A model generated the notes under the pieces. That model was given only the letters and a program-made list of their open reading frames with translations. It did no database searches and had not been told where the DNA came from. A program made the translations under genes and the position numbers. This document shows positions 50,736 to 55,595 of a DNA stretch of 55,595 nucleotides, piece by piece. The stretch's first letter is position 1, and the number at the start of each line of letters is the position of its first letter. Origin of the DNA: Theionarchaea archaeon (lineage in GTDB: Archaea; Methanobacteriota_B; Thermococci; Methanofastidiosales; SZ-28-30). Where the stretch lies: contig JACVGW010000010.1 of assembly GCA_018992565.1 (NCBI GenBank), forward strand, positions 1 through 55,595. The letters are read 5' to 3'.

Positions 50736-53700
50736 ATGACCATGAGTTTGAAAGGAAAGGTAGTCATCAGTTCGTTAGCATTCCTTCTTATCGTGAGTGT
50801 AGTTGATATTGGCGCATATGTGGCGGCACCTACCATAAAGTCACCTACTATCGGTGCCACCGGAGTGAGCTGCACCCCTCTTCTCAAGTGGGAAACAGTA
50901 GTGGTAGCTTCTAGCTACGAATTGCAGCTCTCCAAGTACACCAATTTCAGTGTTAACGTGGTGGAGAAGTCAGTAAACAACAATTATTATCAGGTTACCA
51001 GTACTCTGGATGCCTCTACTAAGTATTACTGGAGGGTGAGAACTATAAGTTATGATGACCTGAGTCTGTGGTCCACTGCTTACTTTACCACGGGTACGTG
51101 CAGCGGGGAAAGCACAACAACACTTTCTGCCCCTACGCTGGTGTCCCCTGCGAATAACACGTCGTGGACCCAGAATCTGTATCCCACGTTTCAGTGGCAG
51201 GCCGTTACCGGTGCCACTAGTTATACGATTCAGATTTCTCGCAGCACAGATTTCACAAGTACGTACAAAGAAAAAGAGGCCACAGTGTACAATACGTATT
51301 ATATTATTGATACTGCCCTGACCAACTGTTCCAGCTATTATTGGAGGGTGCGGGCTCTAAACAGCGATGGTTCAGGAAGCTGGTCAAGCACATGGAAGTT
51401 TACTATCCTGTTTCCACCCAGCCAGCCCATACTGACCTCTCCTACAAGCGGAGCAGTGGTTACTATTCGCAGGCCAGCCTTCACCTGGGAGAGTTCTACA
51501 GGTGCTACGGCCTATACGATAGAGATTGATGGTGCCACGTACTCTGTGTCTACCACCACCTTCACGCCCTATTCCAATCTCAGTACAGGCGCTCACACAT
51601 GGCGTGTGAGAGCTACAAGTTGTGGTGGCGGTCAGAACAGCGACTGGTCTCAGTCAAGGACCTTTACTATTGACCTGAATGATGTCGTCTTGAAGAAGCC
51701 CGCCAACAACAGCACTGTCACCACTGCTACTCCAACATTTGAGTGGGGGACAGTGGAAGGTGCTACCAAGTACAAGCTGGAGGTGAGAAAATCCACAGTT
51801 GATGGTACCAAAGTGTTTGAAGTTGAAGTGACAGGTACCTCATTTACTCCCACCGCAATCCTCAATCCCGGTGTCTACATCTGGCGGGTCATGTCGTATA
51901 TGAGCGATGCGTGGACAGGTTCCTGGTCCAGCCAGCCCTTCACATTTACCGTTGAAACTGCAGGGGCTCTGACAGCGCCACAGCTTCAGTCACCCACCAA
52001 TGGATCGACAGTGGACTTCCCATTGAATATCCGGTGGTCTTCAGTGACCAGTGCTTACAGCTACACCCTGGAGTATTCCCGTGATACTGATTTTGATGAT
52101 TCAACGTCAGTGACCCTGTACGGAACAGAGTATACTGTCAGCTCTGAACTTGATGAGGGTCGCTGGTACTGGCATGTGAAGGCTAACAATTCCCAAGGAG
52201 ATTCAGGTCCCTGGTCTACAACCTGGAGTTTTGAAGTGGGACTTCCCGTTCCTCAACTGACATCTCCGGATAACGGCTCCACCCAGGGAATGTCTTCAGT
52301 CACCTTTGACTGGAGCGATGTGACAGGCTCTCAGATCGAGGGGCAGCTGTACGATCTCAGTTATTACGTACTACAGTATTCTACCAGCAGCACTTTTGAG
52401 AGCCAGAGTACTATCAGCATCAGCAGTTCTGGTGGCTCCCCACTGAGAGAGTCACGCTATGGTCCCATAAATCTTGGGGATGGCACATACCACTGGAGAG
52501 TCATGGCAGTTTATGTCAAGTATCCTGAAGGGACGCTCCGAGAAGGCTCATGGTCTACTGCGTATTCGTTCACCATATCTACAGGGGGATCAAGCGTTCC
52601 TACGCTAGTCTCACCGATTGCGGGCTCAATCATGAAAGGTACCAGAGTCACGCTGGCCTGGAGTCCCATAGAGAGCACAGGTATTACTGGCTATGTTCTG
52701 GTGTACATGAAAGGGTCAAGTACTAACCCGGGCAACCCATCCCAGTGGACTTCAGGTTCTTACACTGAAGTCATCATTACGGGACAGGCAACATCTTCGT
52801 ATTCAGTGACCCTGGAGGAGAACACGCAGGACAAACCCTACTACTGGTGGGCTATAGCCACAGTCAATAGCAGTGGCCAGAAAGGGACTTTTCCGTCTCC
52901 CATCAACTTTTCAATTGATAATACTCCCCCCAGTATCTCTACAGTAGAATTGGTTCAGCCAGTTAATACTACACTGGCTATCAGAATCCCCACTTTCACG
53001 TGGAGAATACCGCTTACTAGTTATCAGGATGTGTCAAGCTGGACGCTGGAATATGCCAGTGACACCCAGCTCCAGGAGAATAGAAGAACAATCTCCGGAT
53101 TGACCAACCTTTCCACGATTATCTCGGGAGACAAGGCTTCCATCTCGTATACCTTGCCCTCTTCTCAGGCCCTAACCAACGGAACATGGTACTGGCACAT
53201 ATCTGCTGCAGACCCAGCGGGAAATGTTTCTACCTTTACTGCAGTCGTCAGTTTCGTGGTTAATGCAGGAGAAGAAGAGCCGGCAAAGGTCGCTCTGGTT
53301 TCACCTCCCAACGGATTTGAGGATACTCCCAGCAGACCAACCTTTTCGTGGCTTCAAGTTCAGGGTGCCACCACCTATCACTTGCAGGTAGATGGTAATA
53401 GCAACTTTTCGAGCCCGGAAATTGATCAGGAGAACCTTACGACCACCTCCTTTATGGCTACTTCAGAACTGGAATCGGGTACATACTACTGGCGCGTGAA
53501 CTCTAACGCGCCCAATCCAGAGTGGTCGGATGTATGGTCGTTCGAAATTACTGGGGAAGCTCCCCCGCAGGTAGTCCTCCTTTCGCCCAGCAGCGGTGCT
53601 CAGAACATGCCTCCTACTCCTGTATTCCAGTGGCAATCTCTGGAAGGAGCCAGCACCTACACTCTGGAAGTATCTACTACCACCAGCTTTTCCACTACCC

Positions 53701-55319
53701 TGGTGAATAAGTCAGGATTGACCACAACCACCTGGGGGACTGCATCAGACTGGGAAGCAAACACTCCTTCAGAACTGGAGTCAGGTACATACTACTGGAG
53801 AGTCTCCTCAAATCTTTCCCAGACAACATCTGCGATCTGGAACTTCACTGTTCCTGGAGAAGAAGGAGGTGGAACCATCACGTATACAGTCGTGCTGTCT
53901 GACTTGAATGGTGATCCCGTCTCAGGCGCAAGTGTGACTCTTAGCAAAGACAATGAGACAGTGGGAACAACAACCACTGATACTTCCGGAAGAGCAGTCA
54001 TTGGTGATCTTGAAAGCGGAACCTACACTGTGGCGATAACAGCTTCCGGCTATTCTGGCTATTCAGAGACCATCAGTCTTTCCTCAAGCACTACCAAGAA
54101 CGTCACTCTGTATCGGGGTGCTGTGATCCATGGATATGTGTACTATGACAACACACAGAATCCTGCAGCTAATGTGGCAGTAAGAATCTATGACACTGAA
54201 ACCCAGCTGCAAGTTGTCTCCGATATAACTGATACCAGCGGGTACTTCGCTGTGGACAACATTACAGACAACAAGACGTACTACATCATTGTAGAGAACT
54301 ACGAAGACCAGAAGAAACAGGGAATTGTCCCCGTAGATGCCCCCACCACAGCCAATGCCCTGACCATCATTGTGAAGACCGAAGGGGAAATTATCGGAGT
54401 GATCCAGGATGAGGAGGGAGCTCCTCTTCCCGGTGCGAAGATTACCCTGCGGGACAGCCAGGGCCAGTTTGTCAACAGCACTTCATCCAGCAATATTGGA
54501 TCCTTCAACTTCAAGGTCACACCTGGACAGTTCTACGTAGAGGTAACCCTGCCGGGGTACGAAGATTACAGGGGTGATCTATTCACCGTGGAGTACAAAG
54601 AAGTGGAAGATTTGGGGCTGATCACGTTGTTGTCCAAGACAGGAAGTCTGGTGATTAATGTACAGAGCTCGGAAGGAATGCCTCTTGAGGCCACGATTAC
54701 AGTCAAGGATGAAGCGGGGAATATTGTCGACAGTTTCTCTGTTTCAGGAACAAGCTCTGTTGAGGTTTCAGTGGGAACCTATACACTGGAAGCAACTGCA
54801 GAAGGGTATGAAGCCCAGATGGTCAGCAACATTACCATAGAATCTGGGACCACTGTGTCTCAGGATTTTGTGCTCAGCCCAGCAGCAGGGTCCATCAAGG
54901 TGTACGTTACAGATATTGCGGGAATGCCTCTTGTTGACACTGAAGTATTTCTGGACGGAGAGTCAGTTGGAACAACGGATGATGCAGGAACACTGGTTGT
55001 CGGAGATGTTTCTCCTGAGGAACACACTATCAGTGTACACAAGGAAGGATACGTTGACCACAAAGAGATACAGACCCTCAATCCGGGTGAGAGCCTGATT
55101 CTGGAGCTGGCATTGGATGAAGCAGGGCTACCATTAACGTATGTGGTTATCCCTATTGTAATTGCTGCTCTGGGAGGGGCTATCTACTACTTCATGAAGA
55201 GCCGGGGCGGTGAGCCTACCATGAAGGAGAGAAAACCCTCATCAGCGAGAGAAAAGACCAGAATTCCCACCGGCGTACGGAAAGAAGGACTTCCTCGAAG
55301 ATCATTCAGGGGAAGATAA
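50736..55319 (+). CDS. Large cell-surface protein: 10 Fn3/Ig-like repeats, carboxypeptidase-regulatory-like and PEGA-like domains, C-terminal TM
   Basis: Signal peptide, ten P.L.SP.N...W....Y...YYWRV units, G.P..GA.V units, TM segment and basic tail. Confidence 0.88.
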   Translation: MTMSLKGKVVISSLAFLLIVSVVDIGAYVAAPTIKSPTIGATGVSCTPLLKWETVVVASSYELQLSKYTNFSVNVVEKSVNNNYYQVTSTLDASTKYYWRVRTISYDDLSLWSTAYFTTGTCSGESTTTLSAPTLVSPANNTSWTQNLYPTFQWQAVTGATSYTIQISRSTDFTSTYKEKEATVYNTYYIIDTALTNCSSYYWRVRALNSDGSGSWSSTWKFTILFPPSQPILTSPTSGAVVTIRRPAFTWESSTGATAYTIEIDGATYSVSTTTFTPYSNLSTGAHTWRVRATSCGGGQNSDWSQSRTFTIDLNDVVLKKPANNSTVTTATPTFEWGTVEGATKYKLEVRKSTVDGTKVFEVEVTGTSFTPTAILNPGVYIWRVMSYMSDAWTGSWSSQPFTFTVETAGALTAPQLQSPTNGSTVDFPLNIRWSSVTSAYSYTLEYSRDTDFDDSTSVTLYGTEYTVSSELDEGRWYWHVKANNSQGDSGPWSTTWSFEVGLPVPQLTSPDNGSTQGMSSVTFDWSDVTGSQIEGQLYDLSYYVLQYSTSSTFESQSTISISSSGGSPLRESRYGPINLGDGTYHWRVMAVYVKYPEGTLREGSWSTAYSFTISTGGSSVPTLVSPIAGSIMKGTRVTLAWSPIESTGITGYVLVYMKGSSTNPGNPSQWTSGSYTEVIITGQATSSYSVTLEENTQDKPYYWWAIATVNSSGQKGTFPSPINFSIDNTPPSISTVELVQPVNTTLAIRIPTFTWRIPLTSYQDVSSWTLEYASDTQLQENRRTISGLTNLSTIISGDKASISYTLPSSQALTNGTWYWHISAADPAGNVSTFTAVVSFVVNAGEEEPAKVALVSPPNGFEDTPSRPTFSWLQVQGATTYHLQVDGNSNFSSPEIDQENLTTTSFMATSELESGTYYWRVNSNAPNPEWSDVWSFEITGEAPPQVVLLSPSSGAQNMPPTPVFQWQSLEGASTYTLEVSTTTSFSTTLVNKSGLTTTTWGTASDWEANTPSELESGTYYWRVSSNLSQTTSAIWNFTVPGEEGGGTITYTVVLSDLNGDPVSGASVTLSKDNETVGTTTTDTSGRAVIGDLESGTYTVAITASGYSGYSETISLSSSTTKNVTLYRGAVIHGYVYYDNTQNPAANVAVRIYDTETQLQVVSDITDTSGYFAVDNITDNKTYYIIVENYEDQKKQGIVPVDAPTTANALTIIVKTEGEIIGVIQDEEGAPLPGAKITLRDSQGQFVNSTSSSNIGSFNFKVTPGQFYVEVTLPGYEDYRGDLFTVEYKEVEDLGLITLLSKTGSLVINVQSSEGMPLEATITVKDEAGNIVDSFSVSGTSSVEVSVGTYTLEATAEGYEAQMVSNITIESGTTVSQDFVLSPAAGSIKVYVTDIAGMPLVDTEVFLDGESVGTTDDAGTLVVGDVSPEEHTISVHKEGYVDHKEIQTLNPGESLILELALDEAGLPLTYVVIPIVIAALGGAIYYFMKSRGGEPTMKERKPSSAREKTRIPTGVRKEGLPRRSFRGR

Positions 55320-55320
55320 C

Positions 55321-55335
55321 CCTTTCTTTTTTTTT
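55321..55335 (+). terminator. Oligo-T terminator
   Basis: CCTTTCTTTTTTTTT immediately after the stop codon. Confidence 0.65.
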
Positions 55336-55595
55336 GTTGCTCAGAACGAGAACTCACATTTGTTATGCTTCAGGAAAGTGTTCTTCATTACTGGATCAGG
55401 GACTCTCTACTGAAATGATACGTGGTTCATTGCCAGTCTTTCAAAATCCCGTATAGAGGCTACTCACTATTCCTTCTAGGATTCCTCATTCTGTCCTGGA
55501 GTTCAAGTTTGCACAGGAGAGTGTAGACCCAAAATTCTTAGGATTTGAAATCTAATAAGAAGGGAGGTGACAACCATTGAAAAACAGGAAGACCA

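Overview
Archaeal (euryarchaeal) chromosomal fragment from a draft assembly, with two 100-N gaps at 16777-16876 and 18096-18195. Archaeal markers include rps3Ae, rps15, Alba, form III RuBisCO, type II MetAP, NadM, DUF371, DUF835 and BRE/TATA promoters. The gene content is suggestive of a Thermococci-related lineage such as Theionarchaea (inference only). Most of the window is housekeeping genes (gyrB without gyrA, add, rdgB, serS, tmk, fumarate hydratase) plus exported or surface proteins. Most notable observations: (1) a GAN/Cdc45-like DHH nuclease that appears to lack its central insertion and is fused to a Pcc1-like KEOPS domain; (2) a ~9 kb accessory cluster of three CapK/PaaK-like adenylating enzymes, three GNAT/FemAB-like transferases and a Wzx-type flippase, with no glycosyltransferase visible; (3) a deleted erythromycin-esterase-family pseudogene inside that cluster, missed by the ORF track; (4) a KaiC-like ATPase-HAD phosphatase fusion; (5) two paralogous long wHTH regulators that share an upstream AGTTTAGCTA motif. 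I found no rRNA, tRNA, CRISPR array or transposase. All family assignments come from motif recognition by eye, not from database searches.
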